Source: a virus (taxonomy: Duplodnaviria > Caudoviricetes). From it: a DNA stretch of 53,050 nucleotides. Location: IMG/VR virus record IMGVR_UViG_3300037537_000966, positions 1-53,050 of that record; one strand, given 5' to 3'. The notes beneath the pieces were generated by a model. That model had not been told where the DNA came from and made no database searches. It worked only from the letters and a program-made list of their open reading frames with translations. Position numbers and translations under genes: made by a program. Positions 15,462 through 23,937 of the stretch are shown here, piece after piece (positions within the stretch are counted from its first letter, which is position 1; each line of letters begins with the position of its first letter).

Positions 15462-15535
15462 TAAGTCACTGGTAGTCAGAGAGTTACAGCGGCGGGCAGG
15501 GTAGCCTCGCTAACTCTTTGAGGCTGAGTGGGTTA
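15462..15535. repeat. double-palindrome element, copy 9
   Basis: TAAGTCACTG-gtagt-CAGAGAGTTA, 24-nt spacer, TAACTCTTTG-aggct-GAGTGGGTTA. Confidence 0.85.
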
Positions 15536-15537
15536 CG

Positions 15538-15717
15538 TTACTCCCCGCAAAGAGCTTCGTCACCGAACCAGCCGAAGTCCTCGACGGCCTCGGCCAAGTC
15601 GCTCGCTCGCATGGCCGTAACCACGCGGTATCCTTCGTGTCCCTCAACGGGCGCGATGACACGGTCATCCTGCGCGTTGAGCCAATCGATGTGTCGGTCT
15701 TTTATTCTGTCCCTCAT
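15538..15717 (-). CDS. hypothetical protein
   Basis: Frame of ORF 15538-15888; promoter at 15755-15728 then GTTATG gives start 15717. Confidence 0.65.
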   Translation of the reverse strand: MRDRIKDRHIDWLNAQDDRVIAPVEGHEGYRVVTAMRASDLAEAVEDFGWFGDEALCGE

Positions 15718-16008
15718 AACTGAAAAGAGTATAGCAGAATCTGGCAGAATGTCAACACTTTTCTTCACTTTTTTTACACCCCCTAGTTTATGAAAAGGTA
15801 GGGGGGGAGGGGTGTCAATATAGAGCGGGGTGGCCCTTTTTTCAGTCTCCCCGAGGCTTTTGAGTGTTTCTGATATACGCATTCCCAAAAAATCCGCCGG
15901 GGCTATCTCTAAAAAGGTGTTTCTAAGGTGTATACCTTAATATAAGACTGAAAGCTCGTTTAAGAAAAACGGACAACACGTTAATAGTTAAGAAAAAGGA
16001 AATAGACA

Positions 16009-16209
16009 ATGCCAATACCAAACCCCAAAGGCCCAGAAGCTAAAAAGAAGTTCGTTACCAGATGCATGGGAGACAACGTAATGACCAAAGAGTTTCCTGA
16101 TGGCAAACAAAGAGCCGCCGTCTGTTATTCTAAATGGAAAAAGGCCGAAGCGTCAAAAGAGACCGAATGGAAAGCTGAAGACGAGAGCTCTAAGGTCATT
16201 CTTTACTAG
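16009..16209 (+). CDS. small phage protein (MP-x-P...RCM...Q-x2-AVC-x3-W type)
   Basis: ORF track; motif. Confidence 0.7.
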   Translation: MPIPNPKGPEAKKKFVTRCMGDNVMTKEFPDGKQRAAVCYSKWKKAEASKETEWKAEDESSKVILY

Positions 16210-16259
16210 ATGTTTTGGAAATAGGCCTTGGTTCTTTTATAACAATTGACTGAGGCTTA

Positions 16260-16439
16260 ATGAGCGACACGTTTAAAAGAGAGGATACTTGGACTATATC
16301 CTGTCACACAAACCAACTGATCGCTCAGCTAGGCTACTTAAACTGTGAGTTACTCAACACTAAAAAGTTGAGCAACCTAACAGAGACGATAAAGTTAATA
16401 AATCAGTACGAAGAGAAATTGCAGGAATATATTAAATAA
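16260..16439 (+). CDS. hypothetical protein (59 aa)
   Basis: Manual translation MSDTFKREDTWTISCHTNQL...EYIK. Confidence 0.55.
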   Translation: MSDTFKREDTWTISCHTNQLIAQLGYLNCELLNTKKLSNLTETIKLINQYEEKLQEYIK

Positions 16440-16442
16440 ATT

Positions 16443-16694
16443 ATGACAATAACAGAATCAAAAGAGTTAGAGGTGAAAATAGCAAATGATATTTTAAATA
16501 ATATTCAATTTTCGCATGTATATCAATTAATAACAGCGGAAGCTCAAGCTAGGGCTCGAAGATTCGTTTCCGAAGCCACTGAAGAGCAGCTTCTCGAGGT
16601 GAAGAAAAAGATGGAGGAAACAGAGGCGGCAGCGGCAGCGGCAGAAGCGGCAGAGGCCGAAGCTCAAGCCGAGAAGAGTGCTAAGGTTGACTAA
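16443..16694 (+). CDS. hypothetical helical protein
   Basis: ORF track. Confidence 0.7.
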   Translation: MTITESKELEVKIANDILNNIQFSHVYQLITAEAQARARRFVSEATEEQLLEVKKKMEETEAAAAAAEAAEAEAQAEKSAKVD

Positions 16695-17320
16695 TGAATG
16701 TGGTTTGTTTTAAGACAGGAGATAGATATTCTCCTGAATATGTAGACAAACTGTATTCAATGGTAAAAAAAAATACTTCTTTCTATTTTAACTTTATTTG
16801 CTTCACCGACGACCCGGTAGGCATAAAACGACACCAAGAAAACTACATAGACGTTCGGCCACTTCCGCACGAAGGCTTAAATCACTGGTGGAATCGAATG
16901 GCCCTGTTTAAAAAAGGGGTATTAACGGGGCCTTGCATAAATATTGACCTAGATGTGGTAATTCATGACAATATAGACGAATTATTCGAACTAGATGATA
17001 GTTTCTACATGGTAAAAGGGAAAAAGTTTGGCTGTTCAGGTTATAATGATTGCGTTGTGAAATTTAACGCAGACAAGCATAACTTTATGTGGGAAAAGTT
17101 TGTAGAGGATAAAGATCTGTTCGGCACTCAGGTCGACAACGCCATGACCTTAGTGCTTAAGCTCGGTAATCACGAACATAAACTCTTTCCTGATGAATGG
17201 TTTTGGAGATTTTGGAATGGCGAAGGGAGAACCTTGCAATCCAAATTTTGTCATTTTTCCATGAACGAAAGTAAGCAGGGAGAAATAGATGATGAGTTTG
17301 TAAAAAAACACTGGAGATGA
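16694..17320 (+). CDS. GT-A fold glycosyltransferase-like protein
   Basis: Y-x3-YV-x2-L-x2-MV, FICFTD, WW-x2-M-x-LF, DxD motif IDLD. Confidence 0.7.
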   Translation: MNVVCFKTGDRYSPEYVDKLYSMVKKNTSFYFNFICFTDDPVGIKRHQENYIDVRPLPHEGLNHWWNRMALFKKGVLTGPCINIDLDVVIHDNIDELFELDDSFYMVKGKKFGCSGYNDCVVKFNADKHNFMWEKFVEDKDLFGTQVDNAMTLVLKLGNHEHKLFPDEWFWRFWNGEGRTLQSKFCHFSMNESKQGEIDDEFVKKHWR

Positions 17321-17664
17321 AAGACTTTGATATTTTTGAATCATTTAAAAAAGACGTAGAATATCCACTTATTGCCGAGGTGAAAGTAAAGGACGGTAAA
17401 CCCATTTTCACATTCGACAAGCTCAACCTCTTCGGGGAGTCTTTTTTTTCTGAAAATGAAAATGGATGGCTTAGAATAAATTTCCCCTACAACCAATCTG
17501 CAGGAGACGTCAAGATAAAAAAGATACAAGCCATCTTTCTAGCGAGGACTTTTCCGGCTAGTTCCACATTCTACCCTGTTCAGTTCAATAATAGGTGGTT
17601 TTACTGGACTCATCCAATTATTAGTGAGCTAGGGGACGATTTTTCAGTCAAATTCTATGGATAA
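17317..17664 (+). CDS. hypothetical protein; paralog of 46794-47132
   Basis: Shared YPL-x-AE, W-x-HP and S-x-KFYG ends. Confidence 0.75.
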   Translation: MKDFDIFESFKKDVEYPLIAEVKVKDGKPIFTFDKLNLFGESFFSENENGWLRINFPYNQSAGDVKIKKIQAIFLARTFPASSTFYPVQFNNRWFYWTHPIISELGDDFSVKFYG

Positions 17665-19240
17665 GTCTATTTTCAGCTTTTTCTCTGGTAGTCATGACGC
17701 AAACTTGTCTATTTGCTTAAACGGCAACTCTATTTTCTCTTTAGAGTTCGAAAGAATTTTCGGAAACAGGTATTTTTCTACGACTAGACTTCTAGGAGAA
17801 GAGCAGTACCATGATTTTTGTGATTATCTAAAACAGATTTTGGAACAGAAGGGAGTCTTTCGTCCTCATTTCGATATAGGATTATTTGAGTGGTGGTGCC
17901 AACCAGAACTCGTTGAGTTCATGAGCGAGTTCTTCAACATAAGAGAGGTTCACTTTCAGGATGACTTAACTTTCCACCATAGGTCTCATGCAGCGGGGGC
18001 TTTCTATTGTAGTGGATTTGATGAAGCTCTAATTTTCAGCTACGATGGAAGCGGCAACGACGGTACATTTTGTGTTTTTGACGTTAGCAAGGAGAATCCA
18101 AACTTTAAACAAATTAATGACCGTGAGTTCATGCCTTACCCCACAAAATACGCGAAACTTAGCTTTCTTACTTCTGAAATTAGGAAACGAGATGGGGATC
18201 TCGCCTCAGACCTTGGGGGCGCGGGCAAAATTATGGGTTTATCCGCTTATGGCTCTTTTAACAAAGATCTATTCAATCGAATTTTGAATTATTTTAAATC
18301 TAATGAAGCAGGAATCGACTCTGTTTTTTTGGAAAACTTCAAAGAGTTTGATTATAACGAATTTGAAGGCACAGATTCTTATGATTTCGCCTTTAACGTT
18401 CAACTTGCTTTTGAAACATGTTTTTTCAAGAGCTTTCATGAATTTTTCAACGAAGAGAAACATAAGAACGTTTGCCTAACTGGTGGTGCAGCTCTAAACG
18501 TTTTATTAAATGAGAAACTCACTAAGACTTATCCGGACACTAATTTCTTTATTCCCTCTTCTCCCGGAGACAGCGGACTATCTCATGGCATGATAGCTGG
18601 GTACTTAAAGGATCAAGTCGTTCCGGAGGTTATGTATGCTGGTTGTCCAGTTTTGGATGAAGGCTCTTTACCTTATATCTTAGATCACAGACCTTGGAAA
18701 AAGGCAACACCGGAGCTGATAGCAAAAGAACTTGAGAAGGGTAAGATAATTGGTATCTGTCGTGGAGATAGTGAGACTGGGCCAAGAGCGTTAGGCAACA
18801 GGAGCATATTAGCTGACCCTCGAAGCCACCAAGCTAAGGACGCTATAAATAACAAGGTTAAATTTAGAGAATGGTTTCGTCCGTTTGCTCCTATATGTAA
18901 AGAGGACAAAGCTTCGATATATTTTGAAACTTCTGACAACGCCTGCTATAAATATATGTCCTTTAGTCCTCCCGTCAGGGAGGAGTATAGAAAAGTACTT
19001 CCTGCGGTGACGCATATTGATGGATCGTCCAGACTACAAACCGTCTCTAAAGAAGATAATGAATTTATTTATAATATACTAGACGAATTTGAAAAAATAA
19101 CAAACATACCTGTATTAGTGAACACATCATTTAATAGTAAAGGAAAAGCAATACTTACTCGTTATTTGACAGCTATTCAGATTCTTGACTCGACAGAGCT
19201 TGATGCAGTGGTATTAGGAGATTACTATATTTACAAATGA
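17657..19240 (+). CDS. carbamoyltransferase, NodU/CmcH family
   Basis: HDA, HH-x2-HAA, DGSG, GKIMGL-x2-YG, GG-x-ALN, GPRALGNRS, KFREWFRPFAP, THIDGS-x-RLQT, NTSFN. Confidence 0.92.
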   Translation: MDKSIFSFFSGSHDANLSICLNGNSIFSLEFERIFGNRYFSTTRLLGEEQYHDFCDYLKQILEQKGVFRPHFDIGLFEWWCQPELVEFMSEFFNIREVHFQDDLTFHHRSHAAGAFYCSGFDEALIFSYDGSGNDGTFCVFDVSKENPNFKQINDREFMPYPTKYAKLSFLTSEIRKRDGDLASDLGGAGKIMGLSAYGSFNKDLFNRILNYFKSNEAGIDSVFLENFKEFDYNEFEGTDSYDFAFNVQLAFETCFFKSFHEFFNEEKHKNVCLTGGAALNVLLNEKLTKTYPDTNFFIPSSPGDSGLSHGMIAGYLKDQVVPEVMYAGCPVLDEGSLPYILDHRPWKKATPELIAKELEKGKIIGICRGDSETGPRALGNRSILADPRSHQAKDAINNKVKFREWFRPFAPICKEDKASIYFETSDNACYKYMSFSPPVREEYRKVLPAVTHIDGSSRLQTVSKEDNEFIYNILDEFEKITNIPVLVNTSFNSKGKAILTRYLTAIQILDSTELDAVVLGDYYIYK

Positions 19241-19971
19241 GAACTCTAAAAGGACCTCCCATTCGTCATAGCGAGCTTCTTGGGCAGATTTGTCAATTCA
19301 TAAATGCTGAAGTGATTGTAGAGATTGGCGTTCAACATGCAAAAACCTTTAGTGAGCTAGTTCAAGCAGCAAAAAAAACAGGGGGAATGGTTTACGGTTA
19401 CGATTACCTTGCTCCCATTGGAGGATACACAGGTGAACACGCAGCAAGTGCAGGAGATGCAAAAATAATAGCTTCAGCCTTAAGAGGATATGAAGAATAT
19501 TTTAAGATAACTAGAGTAGACACACAATCAAGTGAGTTTCCGAAAATCTTAAAAAACGACGTATCATCACGGCATCACAACGAAAAACACATCTTTCCAA
19601 GAATTGACTTCGCTTTTATTGATGGAGATCATTCGTATCGTGGCTGCAGGAAAGACTTTGAAACGATATATCCTCTTCTCGGTGATGATGGCATAATTGC
19701 CTTTCATGACACCCATACTCATATTGGCCTTAGAAAATTTGTCATTGACTTGTACGAAGATCTAAACGATGGAACCTTTGATATTATAAATTTGCCTTTT
19801 GGACACCAAGCACAAAGAGATGGGCTTACGCTCCTATCTAAGAGGAGTTATCCTAATACCAACAAAGGTATTACTGTAAGCACACATGACCCAGAAATGG
19901 TAGATAAAGACGTATATAAACTAGAAAATTCTTGGTATGATTCAGAGCTAAATAAAAGGAAAAATTTATGA
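19237..19971 (+). CDS. class I SAM-dependent methyltransferase (Methyltransf_24-like)
   Basis: VEIGV, DFAFIDGDHSY, G-x-IAFHD. Confidence 0.85.
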   Translation: MRTLKGPPIRHSELLGQICQFINAEVIVEIGVQHAKTFSELVQAAKKTGGMVYGYDYLAPIGGYTGEHAASAGDAKIIASALRGYEEYFKITRVDTQSSEFPKILKNDVSSRHHNEKHIFPRIDFAFIDGDHSYRGCRKDFETIYPLLGDDGIIAFHDTHTHIGLRKFVIDLYEDLNDGTFDIINLPFGHQAQRDGLTLLSKRSYPNTNKGITVSTHDPEMVDKDVYKLENSWYDSELNKRKNL

Positions 19972-20852
19972 GAGTTTTGGTTACAGGCGGCGCTGGGTTT
20001 GTAGGCACACATTTGGTTAAAAAACTGAATGACGCGGGGCATGATGTAATTAGTATAGATAATGCAATTAGTGAAAAACATGCAATCGAACAAAGATATA
20101 TTTGGTCAGATATTTGTAGTTATGAACATCTTACTAAATTAAGAAATATTATTGAAGGAATTGATATTGTTTATCACCTAGCCGCGCGAAAGGATCTACA
20201 AGCATCTCACGACCATGTTATTCAGTACCATAACACAAATGTTGTTGGTTCCCTTAATTTATTGGAACTTTGCAGGGAAGTGGGAGTCAAACGTTTTGTC
20301 TTTGCTTCTAGCTGCGCGGTCTATGGAGACACTAGCCCCATTGGCTATTATAAAGAAACTACCCCCACCGAACCTCTAAGCCCTTACGGACTCCAAAAAT
20401 TAACAGTAGAAAAATATTGCGGACTATATTCACAAAATTATGGGGTGGATACTGTAGCTCTAAGGTATTTTAACATATTTGGCCCCGAAACCGAAGCAGG
20501 AGTCATACCAATTCTTCAAAAGCAACACAAAAATAATGAACTTTTGACTATTTTTGGATCAGGCGAAAATTCAAGGGATTATGTTTATGTTGAAGACGTT
20601 GTAAATGCAACTATTTTAGCAGGAGAGCATAATACTGAACATTATGGCAATGTTTTCAACGTAGCCTCTGGAGACTCTACTTCTGTGAACAAAATAGCGT
20701 CAACCATCTGCAAAGATAATAAAAAAATAAAAAGGCTAACCCTTGAACCTAAGTTTGAAGCATCTTCCGTTTGTGGACAAATATCAAAAATTAAAGAAAT
20801 TCTTGGTTGGGAACCCACTACCAACGTGCTAGATTGGCTATCTACAAGATAA
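19968..20852 (+). CDS. NAD-dependent epimerase/dehydratase
   Basis: TGGAGFVG, ASS-x-AVYG, Y-x3-K, RYFN-x-FG, RDYVYV. Confidence 0.92.
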   Translation: MRVLVTGGAGFVGTHLVKKLNDAGHDVISIDNAISEKHAIEQRYIWSDICSYEHLTKLRNIIEGIDIVYHLAARKDLQASHDHVIQYHNTNVVGSLNLLELCREVGVKRFVFASSCAVYGDTSPIGYYKETTPTEPLSPYGLQKLTVEKYCGLYSQNYGVDTVALRYFNIFGPETEAGVIPILQKQHKNNELLTIFGSGENSRDYVYVEDVVNATILAGEHNTEHYGNVFNVASGDSTSVNKIASTICKDNKKIKRLTLEPKFEASSVCGQISKIKEILGWEPTTNVLDWLSTR

Positions 20853-21040
20853 CCTAAGGAAATAGCTTATATTTGTCTTTATATTTAAATTTATTTATTT
20901 TTATTAATTTATTTTTATTAATTTTACTAAGGAAAAGTAGTTTTTCGCGCTTTTGGCGCAACTTAAATTTTTAAAAAAAAGACTTGAAAAAAGTGTAAGT
21001 TAAGTGTATAATTATTCTACTGGAATAACATGTTTAAATT

Positions 21041-21775
21041 ATGAAGAAATTAGTAACATTATTGTTATCTATTGTCGGTCTGCATCTTAGTTATGCGGAG
21101 GAACCCACAACCACGCCCTCTACTTCCATTAGTTTGGAGGCTGGTTACATTGACACCCTGCACGTTAACGGCGTGCCGAGAGTCACGGAAACACCATATA
21201 TCGCTGCTAAATTTAGCAAGCCAAATGCATTGTTTGCCGACACTACTCTTTCACTAGATGTTTCTGGTGGAGCTTTGTTGGCGGGTCCGAACGAAGACAT
21301 CTCTGAGTCCCATTGGAACTTGGCCGTCGGGAAAACAGTCGGATTTGAGAGCTTTGGCTTGAGAATTAGTGGTGAGATTTGGAGACACCAGAGCGGAACA
21401 CCTAGAGTACCTGACAGCACGGAAATTGCTGCTAAGGTCAGTTTGGTTAATCCTATCGTTTCACCTTATGTTAAGTTGATTAACGATTTTGATTTGGACC
21501 AAAAGGGCTACGCCGTAGGAGCGGAAACGAGTTGGACCTTGCCTGTAGTGGGTTTGGACCTAACTCCCGACGTAAGCTGGTACAGTCTGGACGACTATGA
21601 GTCATTTAGGGCTGCTGCAACCGTTTCATATTCGGGCGAATCACTTTGGGGCTTTAGTCCCTTTGTAACTTTCGCTTGGGTTGACAACGATTTTGACGTA
21701 GCTAACTTTAATTTCGCTTCTTACAAAGCGGAATCAGAGCACTCTTGGTTGGCCGGGGTGAGATACAACTTCTAG
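21041..21775 (+). CDS. putative outer-membrane beta-barrel protein
   Basis: Signal peptide, amphipathic beta pattern, C-terminal GVRYNF beta-signal. Confidence 0.7.
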   Translation: MKKLVTLLLSIVGLHLSYAEEPTTTPSTSISLEAGYIDTLHVNGVPRVTETPYIAAKFSKPNALFADTTLSLDVSGGALLAGPNEDISESHWNLAVGKTVGFESFGLRISGEIWRHQSGTPRVPDSTEIAAKVSLVNPIVSPYVKLINDFDLDQKGYAVGAETSWTLPVVGLDLTPDVSWYSLDDYESFRAAATVSYSGESLWGFSPFVTFAWVDNDFDVANFNFASYKAESEHSWLAGVRYNF

Positions 21776-21828
21776 TCTGAAGTTGTCTAGATTAAACTAG
21801 CGTAAATAAGTATTCATTATAAAATAAT

Positions 21829-22125
21829 ATGAAGAAATTGACAATTAAATCAGTTGGTGTAGTTCCTTTTGCAAACTTTTTGGGTTTGCTCGGGGTTATT
21901 ACAGGCGTTATCGCAGCCATGCTTCTTCCTGTTCTGGCCTTAGTCGGAACAGGTGGTCTTGGTGATGTTGATGCGGCAATCAAGGCAGTTAGCGCTGCTG
22001 TCACTGGCGATCTAACCAGTGTCGTTACCTTAGGTATCGGCGGATGGATCGGCGGAGCAGCCTATGCTTGGATCGCTAACGTGGTCTTGGGTATCACCAA
22101 GGGTGTTACCTTTGAGCTCAAGTAA
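21829..22125 (+). CDS. two-TM membrane protein (DUF3566-like)
   Basis: K-x-L-x-IKSVG N-terminus, two hydrophobic helices, AWIAN...GV-x-FEL. Confidence 0.6.
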   Translation: MKKLTIKSVGVVPFANFLGLLGVITGVIAAMLLPVLALVGTGGLGDVDAAIKAVSAAVTGDLTSVVTLGIGGWIGGAAYAWIANVVLGITKGVTFELK

Positions 22126-22150
22126 GAGTTCTAAATAGTTCAGAGATATA

Positions 22151-22185
22151 GCCCCTCACCTTTTTATATGGGTGGGGGGTTTTTT
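22151..22185 (+). terminator. intrinsic terminator
   Basis: GCCCCTCACC...GGTGGGGGGT plus T run. Confidence 0.7.
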
Positions 22186-22255
22186 ATGCCCTTTAAGGGG
22201 CTTAGAAGGGGTGCTCACGGCGTTTTTATGACGAAGAGGTATAATGTGTGTATAT

Positions 22256-22441
22256 ATGTTTAGCATGTGGAAAAAACTGAAAAATCTATTTAAAAAGAAA
22301 GATCCTGAATCAGAGGCGAAAGTCAAGGATCTGACTTTAGAAAAGGTTCTTAAAAAGCTGCCTAAGAGGGCTAACGAGACACCAGAAGAAATAAAGAGAC
22401 GCGTTAAGATAAACAAAAGAATTACTGAGTCGAGGTCATAA
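22256..22441 (+). CDS. small basic hypothetical protein
   Basis: ORF track 22244-22441. Confidence 0.55.
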   Translation: MFSMWKKLKNLFKKKDPESEAKVKDLTLEKVLKKLPKRANETPEEIKRRVKINKRITESRS

Positions 22442-22473
22442 ATTTCTTTTCCCCCAATATTCATGAAACTTCA

Positions 22474-22803
22474 TTACTCTTCTCTTTTTCGAAACCCTTT
22501 CCTAATTTCTGGTAATCGTCTTTGTATGAATTGTTCTTGAGGAATTTCTATTTCTTGATGAAACTCTTTTTGATGATCAGCTAAGGCCTTCACTAATTTC
22601 TTTAGTTCCAACACTTCGGTTTCTAGCATATCTACGGCTTGTGTGATGTATGCAGCTTGTACGGATAGATCGTCGGTTGCTCGGTTTACTTTATCATCTA
22701 CAGTAGTTGCTCCTTTCCATACTATAGCGGCGGCTCCTATGACCATGGCTGTGACCACGGCCGACACTACGGTTCCTGCTACTTTTTCTAGTTCAAGCTT
22801 CAT
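22474..22803 (-). CDS. TM plus coiled-coil protein
   Basis: ORF track. Confidence 0.65.
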   Translation of the reverse strand: MKLELEKVAGTVVSAVVTAMVIGAAAIVWKGATTVDDKVNRATDDLSVQAAYITQAVDMLETEVLELKKLVKALADHQKEFHQEIEIPQEQFIQRRLPEIRKGFRKREE

Positions 22804-22912
22804 TTTCTTTCTTACTGTTTTGCCTTTCCCTCTTCCAAAATACTCTATGCCAATATTTACGCAAATGTTTCCTCCATGCCGGTGATCTGGTTAATTTGCT
22901 TTTTCTGGCCAT
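22793..22912 (-). CDS. small basic protein (39 aa)
   Basis: Manual translation MARKSKLTRSPAWRKHLRKYWHRVFWKRERQNSKKENEA. Confidence 0.55.
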   Translation of the reverse strand: MARKSKLTRSPAWRKHLRKYWHRVFWKRERQNSKKENEA

Positions 22913-23067
22913 TCTTCTTTTCTTTCTTGTATGGTCAGTTTTTCTTTTTTGTTGCCGTGTGCGCTATGTCGCGGGTTGCAGCAGCATTGGCAACGCGGTT
23001 TGTTGTCTCTTGTTTTTTCCAACTTATTGGTTTCGTAATTTATATTAGTTCTTATTGTTCTGCTCAT
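22891..23067 (-). CDS. small Cys-containing protein (58 aa)
   Basis: Manual translation MSRTIRTNINYETNK...PRCQCCCNPRH...LTIQERKEEWPEKAN. Confidence 0.55.
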   Translation of the reverse strand: MSRTIRTNINYETNKLEKTRDNKPRCQCCCNPRHSAHGNKKEKLTIQERKEEWPEKAN

Positions 23068-23374
23068 TTTTAATCCTTAATGCATCAACGTGGACTTCTA
23101 AAGAACTGACATCATCTTCTATAAACTTTAAACGCATATTTTGCTCTGCATCGGCAGGAAGCGACCCGAGTTGGCCAAGAGGCCACTTTACGCGAAATTC
23201 TGAATTCATGGTAACGCTATCCTTCATTCTTAGGACATCTGTTTCTAAGTGAGAAATCTTAGAAGTCAAACCAAAATACCCCCAAACAACCATCGCTGCT
23301 ATTATTATAATTTGGATTAACCATTTGAGGCTGATTCCCAAACTTGTCTGATCGTTTAATTTAGCATCTGTCAT
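23045..23374 (-). CDS. TM plus coiled-coil protein
   Basis: ORF track; GTGTAA 8 nt upstream. Confidence 0.7.
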   Translation of the reverse strand: MTDAKLNDQTSLGISLKWLIQIIIIAAMVVWGYFGLTSKISHLETDVLRMKDSVTMNSEFRVKWPLGQLGSLPADAEQNMRLKFIEDDVSSLEVHVDALRIKNEQNNKN

Positions 23375-23378
23375 ATAG

Positions 23379-23597
23379 CTATTTACACTTTAACTTTAGT
23401 TTCTTTTCCTTCCATCTTTCTTTAATGCGGGTCATTTCTGCTCCCCAAGTTTTGCTGTCAAATTCTATGTTTTCCCTGCTCATAGCAATCCACCATGCTA
23501 GCTTATCCTCCTCAGGAGATATCCAAATACCGGGTTCATCATCTTTTCTGTATCCCCTTTTTTCGAGTTCTTTTGAGCCTTCTTGTCTAGTTTGCAT
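23379..23597 (-). CDS. hypothetical protein
   Basis: ORF track. Confidence 0.6.
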   Translation of the reverse strand: MQTRQEGSKELEKRGYRKDDEPGIWISPEEDKLAWWIAMSRENIEFDSKTWGAEMTRIKERWKEKKLKLKCK

Positions 23598-23598
23598 A

Positions 23599-23928
23599 TT
23601 ACCTCCTGTCTCGTGGGTTACTTGGGGGCTCAGGTATTCCTTTACTTATGGGCCTAGATGGTGGTGGAGTTGGATTACGAGTGGGGGTAACGACTTTACC
23701 AGCAGGTCGACTACTTCTTCTGTTGCTCTGGCGATAATGGTTGTGATGATCATAATGGTGATCATGATGTATATATAACGATGTTCCGAAAGGACGAGGG
23801 TTATAATGCTCTCTAATATATACTGTATCGGGCGAATAGCAGGCAACGCAAGTAGCAAGAATTAGCATAAGCAATACTATAAGAATTAGCTTGATTATTT
23901 TTTTCTTTTTATTTTTTTTACCAGCCAT
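23599..23928 (-). CDS. putative lipoprotein/membrane protein with His- and Pro-rich tail
   Basis: Basic N-terminus, hydrophobic helix ending in Cys, HHDHHYDHHNH, PTRNPTPPP. Confidence 0.55.
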   Translation of the reverse strand: MAGKKNKKKKIIKLILIVLLMLILATCVACYSPDTVYIREHYNPRPFGTSLYIHHDHHYDHHNHYRQSNRRSSRPAGKVVTPTRNPTPPPSRPISKGIPEPPSNPRDRR

Positions 23929-23937
23929 TCGATCTAT

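Noticed and set aside
5696-15535. Repeat elements as a CRISPR array
   Set aside because: Copies are degenerate, hundreds to thousands of bp apart and separated by genes; no cas genes in the window
5696-15535. Elements as canonical parS, dif or IS terminal repeats
   Set aside because: No match to TGTTTCACGTGAAACA or to the XerD arm TTATGTTAAAT; no transposase or target-site duplications seen
7057-15888. Long N-terminal extensions given by the ORF track (7057, 7901, 11312, 11416, 12732, 12889, 14333, 15188, 15888)
   Set aside because: These starts fall in or upstream of promoter boxes (often the TTG of TTGACA); starts were moved downstream of the -10
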